Below, piece after piece: positions 1 through 8,112 of a stretch of 48,395 bases of DNA. The DNA comes from a virus (lineage: Duplodnaviria; Caudoviricetes). The notes under the pieces are model-generated. The model saw only the letters and a list, made by a program, of their open reading frames with translations. It ran no database searches and was not told the origin of the DNA. The translations under genes and the position numbers were made by a program. How positions within the stretch are numbered: position 1 is the first letter of the stretch; each line of letters begins with the position of its first letter. The stretch is taken from IMG/VR virus record IMGVR_UViG_3300035002_000017, positions 1-48,395 of that record. The stretch is one strand, 5' to 3'.

Positions 1-369
1 ATGGCAAAGCATCCCATTGCCCACTACCTCGAAAAGACCCTTGAAATCTACGAGGAAATCGGCACCCCCGAACTGATTACCGAAAAGTTCACCGGCCCGG
101 ACGGGCGGGTTGACTACGTGGCCTGCAAGGGCGCTTTGGCCGGCCAACTCGAATCGGTTGTCGGCAGCATTCGCCGGGCAATCGAGCTGTACGGCACCCA
201 GCCCACCCCCACCGAAGGCCGCACCGCCGATGAGGTGCTTGGCCCCCTGCGCCAACTGGAACACCCCCGCGTTGCCGAAACCGAATTGGAGGCCCGGCGG
301 CAGGAGGAAAGCCGGGCGGCGCTGGAGGAAGCCGAGGCGACGCGGAATCTGGAATTGTACGGAATCTGA
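1..369 (+). CDS. Hypothetical early phage protein
   Basis: 122-aa ORF heading a tightly packed + strand gene train. Confidence 0.75.
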   Translation: MAKHPIAHYLEKTLEIYEEIGTPELITEKFTGPDGRVDYVACKGALAGQLESVVGSIRRAIELYGTQPTPTEGRTADEVLGPLRQLEHPRVAETELEARRQEESRAALEEAEATRNLELYGI

Positions 370-371
370 CC

Positions 372-542
372 ATGAAACTCCGCATCACCAAAACCACGAG
401 CGGGCAAGTGCGGGTCAGTTGCCACGACGGGATGAGCCAAACCAGTATCGTCCTGACCCCGCAAGAGGCCCTGAACGCGGGGAGTAAAATCATTCAGTTT
501 GCCCGCGAATTGCAACGAACTCAAATCAAAGACACGCCATGA
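372..542 (+). CDS. Small hypothetical protein (56 aa, not in ORF track)
   Basis: ATG at 372 reads MKLRITKTTSGQVRVSCHDG...KDTP*; stop overlaps the next ATG (ATGA at 539-542). Confidence 0.7.
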   Translation: MKLRITKTTSGQVRVSCHDGMSQTSIVLTPQEALNAGSKIIQFARELQRTQIKDTP

Positions 543-985
543 AAACCCTTGAAATCATTAACGAAACCACCGTCAAAATTGACGGGGTGGAGTATGCCAA
601 AGTTCAACAACCGGAGGCGGGGTTAGACTTTGATCGCATTCTAACCGATACGGGCGCGCACTATTTAATTGACCCAGCCGGTAAAGTTCAGAGGAACGTT
701 ATCACATACCCCAACCAATACCCCACCGAACGCGCCGCCAAGCAAGCCTCCGCCCGCATCAAACTGGAGGTTGTTGCGCACTATCTGAATGAGGGGTGGG
801 AACGGGGCCATGAACGGGCGTTCTATTGGGCATGGCATAGCGTTCCGCAACGGCTTGACATCGGAATGTATACACCAGACTATTGGGCCGGATCGGCGTG
901 TTTCAAAACACACTCCCTCGCCGAACGCGCCCGCGCCATTTTGGGCGACGAAATCATCAAGCAATCGCTTGGAATCTTCGACTAA
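539..985 (+). CDS. Hypothetical phage protein
   Basis: 148-aa ORF, ATGA-coupled. Confidence 0.8.
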   Translation: MKTLEIINETTVKIDGVEYAKVQQPEAGLDFDRILTDTGAHYLIDPAGKVQRNVITYPNQYPTERAAKQASARIKLEVVAHYLNEGWERGHERAFYWAWHSVPQRLDIGMYTPDYWAGSACFKTHSLAERARAILGDEIIKQSLGIFD

Positions 986-1105
986 CACCCCACCCCCGAA
1001 TCTCCGCAAGGGGAGCGTTTTTTCGTAGAAAATTTGAGAGGGATTAAACGTCCGCGTCCCTGGGTTCCGGGGGCGGGGATTCGGGGGTAAAAACAAGCAC
1101 AAACC

Positions 1106-1576
1106 ATGCGCGTAACTATTGAAAATTACCGGGGCATTGAGATCGAGTTCGATACCGAGCAGGAATCTTTCCTTGCGGCCGTCGCCGACACCGGGGTAAA
1201 AAAATCGTCATTTACTTCCATCAAAAAAGCCATTGACGACTATTTCAAAAACAACCTGACGTTCCCGGCTTTTCACATCGAGCGGACAATTGATTCGTAC
1301 TATCCCAACGAAATCCGGCGTATCGTGGGAATTCGCAAAGACGGCCGGTTCGTAGCGGAAACCAGCAAGGGCACCCGCGAACAGGTGTCCGAATATGACG
1401 AACGAAATTGGATTGTACGAAACCCAGACAACGATCCAGTACGGGCCGAAATAAGCAAGCTTGATGTCGAAATCAGGAATCTTGAAACTAAAAAGCGTGA
1501 ACTGAGCGCGCGGATTTTGAGCAAAACCCTAAAAGAAATCAAGCAAAACTACCTCCAATTCACCAAGTCGGAATGA
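1106..1576 (+). CDS. Hypothetical protein with C-terminal coiled coil
   Basis: 156-aa ORF, A/C-rich leader, heptad C-terminus. Confidence 0.8.
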   Translation: MRVTIENYRGIEIEFDTEQESFLAAVADTGVKKSSFTSIKKAIDDYFKNNLTFPAFHIERTIDSYYPNEIRRIVGIRKDGRFVAETSKGTREQVSEYDERNWIVRNPDNDPVRAEISKLDVEIRNLETKKRELSARILSKTLKEIKQNYLQFTKSE

Positions 1577-1680
1577 CTATCCGTCGCCCGACACATTCGC
1601 CGCCGCATTGATGGAAGCCGCCGACCGAATGGAGGGCAAAAACCAGTAAGACTTTTCAAAACCAAAACCTCAATTTCAAC

Positions 1681-2343
1681 ATGAACGCGAAAGAACAATC
1701 CGTTTCGGCAGCCGTCGCCGCACAGATGAAGTCGTACCAGGTCGAGAAGCACGACGAAGAAACCGGCGAGGTCGCCATTGTTTCCAAATTCAAGTACCTC
1801 GAAGGCCACCCGAAGCAGTACCGCTTCAACGGACAGACGGGCCGCTTCAACCTCAACGGCACCACCGACATCGGAAGCAAAATTTCCTTTCAACCGATTG
1901 CCTGGCGGATTTTCGTGGAAAACCTTTTCGAGCGGGGCCGCAAGGAGCAGTGGGCGGAAATCTTTTTCATTGACGACAAAAACTGCGTGTCGGTCATCAT
2001 GTTCAACAACACGTCGGTGGACGTGCTGTTTGGGTTGATTGAGCCGCTGTTTTACGAGGAATACAGCTTGTCAGACGTAGTGCTGACCGTGGAAAGCGAA
2101 AAGCGGGAAAACACGAAAATCACCCCGAAGGGCATCTACTACATCACCAAGTTCAGCTACACGCCCGCCGATCCCGAAAAGGTGAAAGTCCAACGTGAGT
2201 TCGTGCGCGATCACCGCATTTTCCGGGCCGACACCCTGACCCCAACCGCCGAATACAAGGCCGTGTCGAAGGGATTTTTCAACGCCCTGGCGCACCAGGA
2301 GCCGCACTATTTGCCCGAACCCGTTGCCCAGCCGGAGGAGTGA
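1681..2343 (+). CDS. Conserved-looking phage protein, possibly ssDNA-binding/recombination
   Basis: 220-aa beta-rich, aromatic-rich ORF with acidic end (EPVAQPEE) in the early region; function is inference only. Confidence 0.6.
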   Translation: MNAKEQSVSAAVAAQMKSYQVEKHDEETGEVAIVSKFKYLEGHPKQYRFNGQTGRFNLNGTTDIGSKISFQPIAWRIFVENLFERGRKEQWAEIFFIDDKNCVSVIMFNNTSVDVLFGLIEPLFYEEYSLSDVVLTVESEKRENTKITPKGIYYITKFSYTPADPEKVKVQREFVRDHRIFRADTLTPTAEYKAVSKGFFNALAHQEPHYLPEPVAQPEE

Positions 2344-2564
2344 CCCCGCCCAACCTCTACGCCCAGGCCGAAGACCTCATCCACCGCAGCACCGTGGATG
2401 AGGTTCAGAAGGCCCACTTCACGGCCCGGCTGAACGCGGCCTACGCCACGGAGGAACTGGAAACCCTGCTTTCCGACCTGCGCAACTGCCAACCACCCCG
2501 CCCGGCCGGACAGCGCCCGCACCCGGACGACGAACTAAGCCGGAGGTTGGGGCGGGAGAAATAA
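2340..2564 (+). CDS. Hypothetical protein
   Basis: 74 aa, GTGA overlap with upstream stop. Confidence 0.65.
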   Translation: MTPPNLYAQAEDLIHRSTVDEVQKAHFTARLNAAYATEELETLLSDLRNCQPPRPAGQRPHPDDELSRRLGREK

Positions 2565-2647
2565 ATGCCCCCAACCTTTGGCCCCGGCGCGGTGATGAAC
2601 TGGGGCGGTTGGGGCGGGAGGAGTGAAAACCCAAACAGAACGCAACC

Positions 2648-2881
2648 ATGAAAAAAGAAGAAATTGAAGCCAACCCGCTCTTAAGCTGGATTGACCGCAT
2701 TATCGAAGGTCCGACCGGCTTCAAGGCATGGGAAGAGAACGAGTGGGTTATATTCCATTGGCCGCGTGAATGCGGAATCGCCCATTTTGTGATTCGTTGC
2801 CTGGCAAACCCAGCCTGTGAGGGAAGTCAGGAAATGCTTGACGAAATTATGGCACAGCGCAAGAGGCTGGAGAATAAGTAA
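2648..2881 (+). CDS. Hypothetical protein
   Basis: 77-aa ORF with A/C-rich leader. Confidence 0.65.
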   Translation: MKKEEIEANPLLSWIDRIIEGPTGFKAWEENEWVIFHWPRECGIAHFVIRCLANPACEGSQEMLDEIMAQRKRLENK

Positions 2882-2970
2882 CCCGTGCGCCCAAACCCAA
2901 AACCAAGCCCTCTCCCAAAGCCCCGGCGCACGGGTGGAGGAATTTCGGAGGCTTTAATCTGATTGAATCG

Positions 2971-3459
2971 ATGGCCAGCAACCCAAATATTGAGGTGTTT
3001 CCTGCACCCAATTTGCGTAACGAAAAGCACCATCACGGTAAACGGTGGATGCCTGCCATGTATGTTGCCTATTTCGGAATCCTACAGGAATTAGCCAACC
3101 GGCACGGGTACGCCTTATGCGTTCACGGTTCAGTTGTCAGGGATTTTGATCTTATCGCTGTTCCGTTCGAGGCCAGGGTTAGCCCGCACGAAGTCCTATT
3201 GGGCGACATCCGAAAAGCAATTGGCTCACCCGAAGAAGGGCACCCCGCCTTTAGCCACATTGGACACGAACCCCACGGCAGGACGTGCTACACAATCGAA
3301 AGCGGCGGGGGCGGGTATTTCGACATCAGCTTTACGCCAACGCTTGAACAGGCGATTATAGAGGTTCAGCGAAAAGAGCGCCGTGACGCTGAAATAGAAG
3401 TCTTCCTGAAGGCAATCCGTACAAGCGAAAAGGCACTTAAAGACGAATCTAACCCATGA
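2971..3459 (+). CDS. Minimal nucleotidyltransferase-like protein (Pol-beta superfamily)
   Basis: GYALCVHGSVVRDFDLIAVP resembles the hGS...DxD nucleotidyltransferase motif; possible third acidic residue in YFDISF. Confidence 0.6.
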   Translation: MASNPNIEVFPAPNLRNEKHHHGKRWMPAMYVAYFGILQELANRHGYALCVHGSVVRDFDLIAVPFEARVSPHEVLLGDIRKAIGSPEEGHPAFSHIGHEPHGRTCYTIESGGGGYFDISFTPTLEQAIIEVQRKERRDAEIEVFLKAIRTSEKALKDESNP

Positions 3460-3602
3460 CCAACCCCACCCCCGCCGACCTCCGCCGCATCGCCGAGCAA
3501 TTCGAGCGGGCGCAGTACCCCAAATTGGCCGGGGTGCTTAAGGCGGTTGCGGGGTGGAAGGAGAGGAAGGGGGAAACTAAAACTAAAGAGAAGAAGAAAT
3601 GA
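3456..3602 (+). CDS. Small basic hypothetical protein (48 aa, not in ORF track)
   Basis: MTNPTPADLRRIAEQF...KEKKK*; ATGA overlaps at both ends. Confidence 0.65.
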   Translation: MTNPTPADLRRIAEQFERAQYPKLAGVLKAVAGWKERKGETKTKEKKK

Positions 3603-3796
3603 AAGCACAACCCTCCGACCGCGACGTATTTTATTTCCAGCAGAAGCGCGGCCTCTGGCAATGGGTGCGAAAGTCCCCGTCGGGGCTGGTGGTTGATACC
3701 AGCGAGGGGCTGGGGTTTCGCACCTACCCGGATTGCTTCGCCGACGCGAAGGCCAAAGGATTGGATATTGAAACGCATCAAATTGTACGGAAATGA
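3599..3796 (+). CDS. DUF1508/YegP-like small protein
   Basis: GLWQWVRKSPSGLVVDTSEGLGF..YPDC resembles the WRW.lka.NG.iia.SgEGY pattern. Confidence 0.5.
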   Translation: MKAQPSDRDVFYFQQKRGLWQWVRKSPSGLVVDTSEGLGFRTYPDCFADAKAKGLDIETHQIVRK

Positions 3797-4089
3797 AAGA
3801 ACTACTCGAAATCCGGTTCAACCTGATGCTTCAGGCAACCGAAGAACATCTGCCAATGGCGGAACTGGTGTTCATTCACACGGAAGAAAACCGCGCCTAC
3901 AACCTCGAAAACGGGGCCTTGAAATCCGCCGTCACGATTACCGACAGCCGGGTAACGGCTTCGCTCAAAACGCTCAAAACCGCCCTCGCGACCCTCACCC
4001 ACGTTTGCGAGCGAATGGAGGTATTGCGGGATTTTTCTGATTCCCTGAATGAGTTAGAGCAAAGGCCCGATACCCCCGAAACGAAATGA
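3793..4089 (+). CDS. Hypothetical protein
   Basis: 98 aa, ATGA-coupled on both sides. Confidence 0.75.
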   Translation: MKELLEIRFNLMLQATEEHLPMAELVFIHTEENRAYNLENGALKSAVTITDSRVTASLKTLKTALATLTHVCERMEVLRDFSDSLNELEQRPDTPETK

Positions 4090-4541
4090 ACACCCAACAA
4101 CACCCCACCCCGCAACCCCTCCCGGCCCTGGCCCCGCAGACGCTGGGGGCGTATATTGGGAGTCGGGTAATCGCATCCCTTTACCCAGCCCAACTTGTCG
4201 AAATTTCCTTGAACGGGTGCCGTGCGGTTGGTTCTGCTCCCTTTGGCTACTTCGCTCACTCGTCAATCCGCCTCCAGCTTCGGCGGGTGGGGGCCGAATG
4301 CCTGACAGCGACCGAAATTGTTGAACTTTTCAAACACACTGTGCCGACGCTTGCATCTTGGCACGATGACGCGCTTCAGGGGGTGTTTCTCGCAAATCTG
4401 AATACCATCAGAACCCAAACCCCCTATGTGGATTGGCTCCGCGCCCGTGGCTTCGACTGCGGGGGCTTCGATGAAAACGGCACATGGCACCCGTCGCTGA
4501 TTGAGGCGGGGCTGGCGGATGAACTTGTAACTGAAACATAA
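4086..4541 (+). CDS. Hypothetical phage protein (paralog of 4765..5286)
   Basis: Shared motifs Y(I/L)GxRV, LTxxE, D(W/Y)LRxxG(F/I)D, AGLA. Confidence 0.75.
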   Translation: MNTQQHPTPQPLPALAPQTLGAYIGSRVIASLYPAQLVEISLNGCRAVGSAPFGYFAHSSIRLQLRRVGAECLTATEIVELFKHTVPTLASWHDDALQGVFLANLNTIRTQTPYVDWLRARGFDCGGFDENGTWHPSLIEAGLADELVTET

Positions 4542-4548
4542 ACCAGAA

Positions 4549-4749
4549 ATGACGTTCCACGAACGCAAACAACACCGCACGGAATGGTATTTCCGGCACG
4601 TCTACGGCTACGGATTGCGCCCGTGCACGGCCTGCAATGGCTCGGGGCGCTACGACAGCTTCCAAAGCCCGAAATGCGGGGCTTGTGAGGGTACAGGCAA
4701 AGAAACCTACCGGCGAAAACTTCCGCCCATCGATAGCCAAAAGGCTTAA
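4549..4749 (+). CDS. Small DnaJ-type zinc-finger protein
   Basis: Two CxxCxGxG repeats: CTACNGSG and CGACEGTG. Confidence 0.75.
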   Translation: MTFHERKQHRTEWYFRHVYGYGLRPCTACNGSGRYDSFQSPKCGACEGTGKETYRRKLPPIDSQKA

Positions 4750-4764
4750 AACCGAACAGCAACC

Positions 4765-5286
4765 ATGAACCACACCCCTACCCAAATCGCCGCCGCCCTT
4801 GCTCCGTATTTGGGGCAACGAGTCAAAATAACGCACATGGGTACAACGCCGTTTTTTCGGGATTTTGCCGTTGGCGATACCGAATACCTCACGTGGGTTT
4901 TGTTTGAATACATCGCCTCCGGTGCGCTTGGGGTTCAACTGAAGGCGCGGGTGCTTTCGAGCCTCACCGACGACGAAGCGCGGGAGGTGGCGCGGTTGGC
5001 AACCGACCGGAAGCAGGCCAAGCCCTGGCTTGTCGAACGAACGCGGGACTACATCACCGTTAAGGCTTCGGCCTTGAGAGTGGAGCAATTGAGCTTGTTT
5101 TTCGATGAATTTGCCTCCATTATCGCCTACGGTTCCGGCTCGTCAACCGCACACCACAACACCCACCAAATCACCGACTACCTCCGCTCCATCGGAATTG
5201 ACATTCCGAGTCACCACCTGAACGGGCAGACCTTGCATAGCGCGGGGCTTGCTGTGTATGAAACCGAAACCCTGAACGCGAAATGA
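4765..5286 (+). CDS. Hypothetical phage protein (paralog of 4086..4541)
   Basis: 173 aa; shared motifs as above. Confidence 0.75.
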   Translation: MNHTPTQIAAALAPYLGQRVKITHMGTTPFFRDFAVGDTEYLTWVLFEYIASGALGVQLKARVLSSLTDDEAREVARLATDRKQAKPWLVERTRDYITVKASALRVEQLSLFFDEFASIIAYGSGSSTAHHNTHQITDYLRSIGIDIPSHHLNGQTLHSAGLAVYETETLNAK

Positions 5287-5708
5287 AAACCCCCGAAGAA
5301 ATCGCCTTAAAATTTTTTCCCATCCCAGCAAAACAGGGCGGCGTTATGATGCGGCACGAGCAATGGGAACAAAGCCGGAAAAGCCTCGCCGCCGAAATCC
5401 GCGCCTATGCTGAGGAGATGCGGGAACAGGGATGGCTTGCCCATTCTGTTGGAAGCGACGACGAAGCCATTAAAGCCGCGCGGGAGGAGGGGCGGCGGGA
5501 GGGAATGGAGCAAGAGAAGCAAATTCTAATCCATCTATCCTCCAAAGACCCCGATCTTGACGAATACGACGACGATACCCTTGACTGGGAGGAGGAAAAT
5601 GAGGAATACGAAAACGCCGTAATTGCTGGAGATTGTAGGTGCGGTGCGTGGATTTTCACGAATGACGGTGTTAAGCACGTTGCTGATTGCGTGTGCGGCG
5701 CAGATTAA
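5283..5708 (+). CDS. Hypothetical acidic protein with C-terminal Cys motif
   Basis: 141 aa; DCRCG...DCVCG possible metal site. Confidence 0.7.
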   Translation: MKTPEEIALKFFPIPAKQGGVMMRHEQWEQSRKSLAAEIRAYAEEMREQGWLAHSVGSDDEAIKAAREEGRREGMEQEKQILIHLSSKDPDLDEYDDDTLDWEEENEEYENAVIAGDCRCGAWIFTNDGVKHVADCVCGAD

Positions 5709-5754
5709 CCCCTACAACCCCAACGCCTTCAAAACCGAATCCTGACATACGCCA

Positions 5755-6024
5755 ATGGAAGCCAAAGAATTTGCCGCCACGGTGCGGATTGTGTGGGATT
5801 ATTACGACGACGCTATCCTGGTTGCCCCCTGGGGCGAAACACCAGCCGGGGGCATAATGGAGTCAGGCAGAAAGCCGTACTTGGCGCGGGTCCGGGACTT
5901 TACGGCTACCGGCATCAAGTACGAACGGGAATATTTCGACACCGACGACGAAGCCCGCGGGTGGGTCGAAACCCAACTCATCGAACGGTTGGGGTTGAGG
6001 GAAGTGGAACCGGCAACTTCCTGA
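5755..6024 (+). CDS. Hypothetical protein
   Basis: 89 aa, last gene of + strand train, converges on the late operon. Confidence 0.7.
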   Translation: MEAKEFAATVRIVWDYYDDAILVAPWGETPAGGIMESGRKPYLARVRDFTATGIKYEREYFDTDDEARGWVETQLIERLGLREVEPATS

Positions 6025-6032
6025 GCCATGCC

Positions 6033-6716
6033 CTACCCCCAATTCCCCGCCGCCCCCGCACTCGGCAGGGCTTCGGTTCTCAGCACCCGCGTGGTGCCAA
6101 AGCAGGAAGTCACGCCCCCGGTGCCGTCCCTAAAAATCAGCACCTCCGATTCCACTTCGTGCCGCCTGCCGCCCCGGCGGTTGAGCACCCCGAAGCGGTC
6201 GGAATGGCGCTGGGTGGAACGTGACCGCAAGGCTTGGTGCCACTTTTCCAGCATCAGGCCCATTTCGCGGGTGTCGAGGGCAGAAGTCCAGCCCAGGCCC
6301 AACACGTCGGGCTTGGCAAGGCCCACCAGGTCCAAGTACGCGTCGTTGCAATCGGTAAGTTCCCCGGCCCCGTCCAAGACGAACCAGGGCCGGTCACTGA
6401 GCTCGTTCGTGGCCCGGAGGTTCACTGACAAGGCTTCCACGCGGGCGGCGAGGGCATCGGTTTTGGCTTCGTTGCGGACGACGGCATCTTTCAGGCTCCC
6501 ACCCCCGTTGGGCGTGACTTCCTTCACCACGCGCTCAACGAGTTCGGTAAGGCGTTCCAGCCGCGCCCCGGTGCGGTTCTGCCACCGGGCAAAGCACCAG
6601 GCTTTCAGGCGTTCGCGCCGCGCCCATGCCGCCGACAATAGGGCAACCGACAGGGGGGCGGAAAGCCATTTTAAGGCCGGGTGTACCGTGCCGATGGCAT
6701 CGAGGGCTTCTTTCAT
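6033..6716 (-). CDS. Membrane-anchored PAS-domain protein (TM - coiled coil - PAS/PAC)
   Basis: N-terminal hydrophobic helix, TPNGGGSLKD coiled coil, then WFVLDGAG..CNDAYLDLVGL...VLGLGW...FRDGTGGVTSCFG matching the PAS/PAC consensus; no output domain. Confidence 0.85.
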   Translation of the reverse strand: MKEALDAIGTVHPALKWLSAPLSVALLSAAWARRERLKAWCFARWQNRTGARLERLTELVERVVKEVTPNGGGSLKDAVVRNEAKTDALAARVEALSVNLRATNELSDRPWFVLDGAGELTDCNDAYLDLVGLAKPDVLGLGWTSALDTREMGLMLEKWHQALRSRSTQRHSDRFGVLNRRGGRRHEVESEVLIFRDGTGGVTSCFGTTRVLRTEALPSAGAAGNWG

Positions 6717-6779
6717 GGGTCAAAAGGTGGGTAGGTTGTTGGGAACTTGCTTGGTTACTTCATTTATTTTCAGTAGCTT

Positions 6780-7172
6780 ATGGGCATGAACAAGAAACAA
6801 CGCGAACTAATTTTCAATAAATTCGGCGGTCGTTGCGCCTACTGCGGAACGCCACTCGAAAGGGGTTGGCACGTTGACGAACTCTTACCCGTCCGGCGAA
6901 ACAAAACCTACGACCGAACCCGGCGAAAGTGGGTGTGCGACGGCACTTGCCTACACCCCGAGCGGCTTACCATTGAGAATCAAATGCCCACTTGCGCCTC
7001 GTGCAACATCAATAAACACAGCATGAGCCTTGAGGAATTTCGTAGACTTATTTCCGGCTTCATTGTTTCGTTGAACCGGGATTCAGTCCAATACAAGGTT
7101 GCCAAACGCTACGGGCTGATTCAGGAGGAACTAAAGCCGGTTGTGTTCTACTTTGAACAGCAATCAACCTAA
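6780..7172 (+). CDS. HNH endonuclease
   Basis: KFGGRCAYCG...WHVD....ENQMPTCASCNINK; start may be ATG 6786. Confidence 0.9.
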   Translation: MGMNKKQRELIFNKFGGRCAYCGTPLERGWHVDELLPVRRNKTYDRTRRKWVCDGTCLHPERLTIENQMPTCASCNINKHSMSLEEFRRLISGFIVSLNRDSVQYKVAKRYGLIQEELKPVVFYFEQQST

Positions 7173-7236
7173 AGCGCCACCGCCGCCAGAATCACCGCCC
7201 CAACCCCACTCAGGAACCCGATTTTGAACCCCTGCC

Positions 7237-7623
7237 ATGAGCCAACCATTTCCTTTTTACCGCTACTCCGGCGACCGCCTGACTGAACCAGCCCTGAAGG
7301 GTGCGGTTTGTCGAGCGGTTCGGCGACCTGACGGCAAGTGCATCCGGGGCAAAAACGGGACGATGCTTGTCGAGTTTGAGGGCGGCGAGCAATGCACGGT
7401 TATTGGTCGCCTACTTCGGAAAATCCCTACCCCCGCTTCCACTCCACTTCCTGACCAGCGCCCGAATCCCCCCGTAAGCCGCCCCCACACCACCACCAAT
7501 CAGCGCCCCGACCGGCCCGAAAAAAGACCCTACAGCGGCACCACCCCCGACAGGGAGGGCAACGCCCCAGGCGTCTCCCGTTCCGCGCTTCCAGCCCCTT
7601 CGTTCGGCTTCTTTTTCGAGTGA
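7237..7623 (+). CDS. Hypothetical protein (globular first ~65 aa; tail overlaps antisense gene)
   Basis: YRYSGDRLTEPALKG..CRAVRRPDGKCIRGKNGTMLVEF looks protein-like; the Pro-rich tail overlaps 7411..7824 on the other strand. Confidence 0.55.
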   Translation: MSQPFPFYRYSGDRLTEPALKGAVCRAVRRPDGKCIRGKNGTMLVEFEGGEQCTVIGRLLRKIPTPASTPLPDQRPNPPVSRPHTTTNQRPDRPEKRPYSGTTPDREGNAPGVSRSALPAPSFGFFFE

Positions 7624-7824
7624 GGGCAGGGCTTCCCGCATCCCCCGCAGGGCACGGGTCGAGTCGGTGAGTTGGTTGTAGGCGCGGGCGAGTTCATGAT
7701 CGAGTTCAACGGTCAGGCGCTTACAGTCCTGTAGTTCGGCGGCGGGCGCGGATTGCGCGGTAGAGGGAATCCAGCTTGCCAGCGCGAGCAAGGCTGTCAG
7801 CGTAAAATTTCGCGTCTTTTTCAT
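7411..7824 (-). CDS. Putative spanin-like lysis protein (signal peptide, coiled coil, C-terminal glycine zipper)
   Basis: ATG 7824 MKKTRNFTLTALLALASWIPSTAQ; coiled coil; GGGAAVGSFFGPVGALIGGGVGAAYGG; overlaps the upstream gene by 104 nt. Confidence 0.55.
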   Translation of the reverse strand: MKKTRNFTLTALLALASWIPSTAQSAPAAELQDCKRLTVELDHELARAYNQLTDSTRALRGMREALPSLEKEAERRGWKRGTGDAWGVALPVGGGAAVGSFFGPVGALIGGGVGAAYGGIRALVRKWSGSGGRDFPK

Positions 7825-7972
7825 TTTGTTTTCGGGTTTGGTGTACGGATTCAGCGGCGGGGTCAATCGCGGATTCACGGGCAGAAAAACACGCCCGCAC
7901 GCCCAGGACGAGAAGGGCCAGGAGCGCGAAGGCCGAGGCCCAGCCGAGGATGGTTTTGGTTTTGGGGGTCAT
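7721..7972 (-). CDS. Putative i-spanin-like protein (N-terminal TM + coiled coil)
   Basis: ATG 7972 MTPKTKTILGWASAFALLALLVLGV then a charged helix; downstream of holin/endolysin. Confidence 0.55.
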   Translation of the reverse strand: MTPKTKTILGWASAFALLALLVLGVRACFSARESAIDPAAESVHQTRKQNEKDAKFYADSLARAGKLDSLYRAIRARRRTTGL

Positions 7973-8112
7973 GGGAATTTTGTTTAACTTTCGGTTCACG
8001 AATGCGGCTCCGGCTAACGACCCGAAAGGGGTACATTGTCCCGGCAACGCGCGCCTTCATCCCCGCACGCCCGACGGCTTCGTTCCACTTGGCCCACGGC
8101 GGCGGGGTTTTT

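Noticed and set aside
2545-2620. 14-bp direct repeat GGTTGGGGCGGGAG (2545, 2607)
   Set aside because: Looks like a small duplication of a gene 3' end; no evidence for an att or regulatory role
6028-6789. 253-aa Ser/Arg-rich + strand ORF
   Set aside because: Shadow of the PAS gene, which has the recognisable domain
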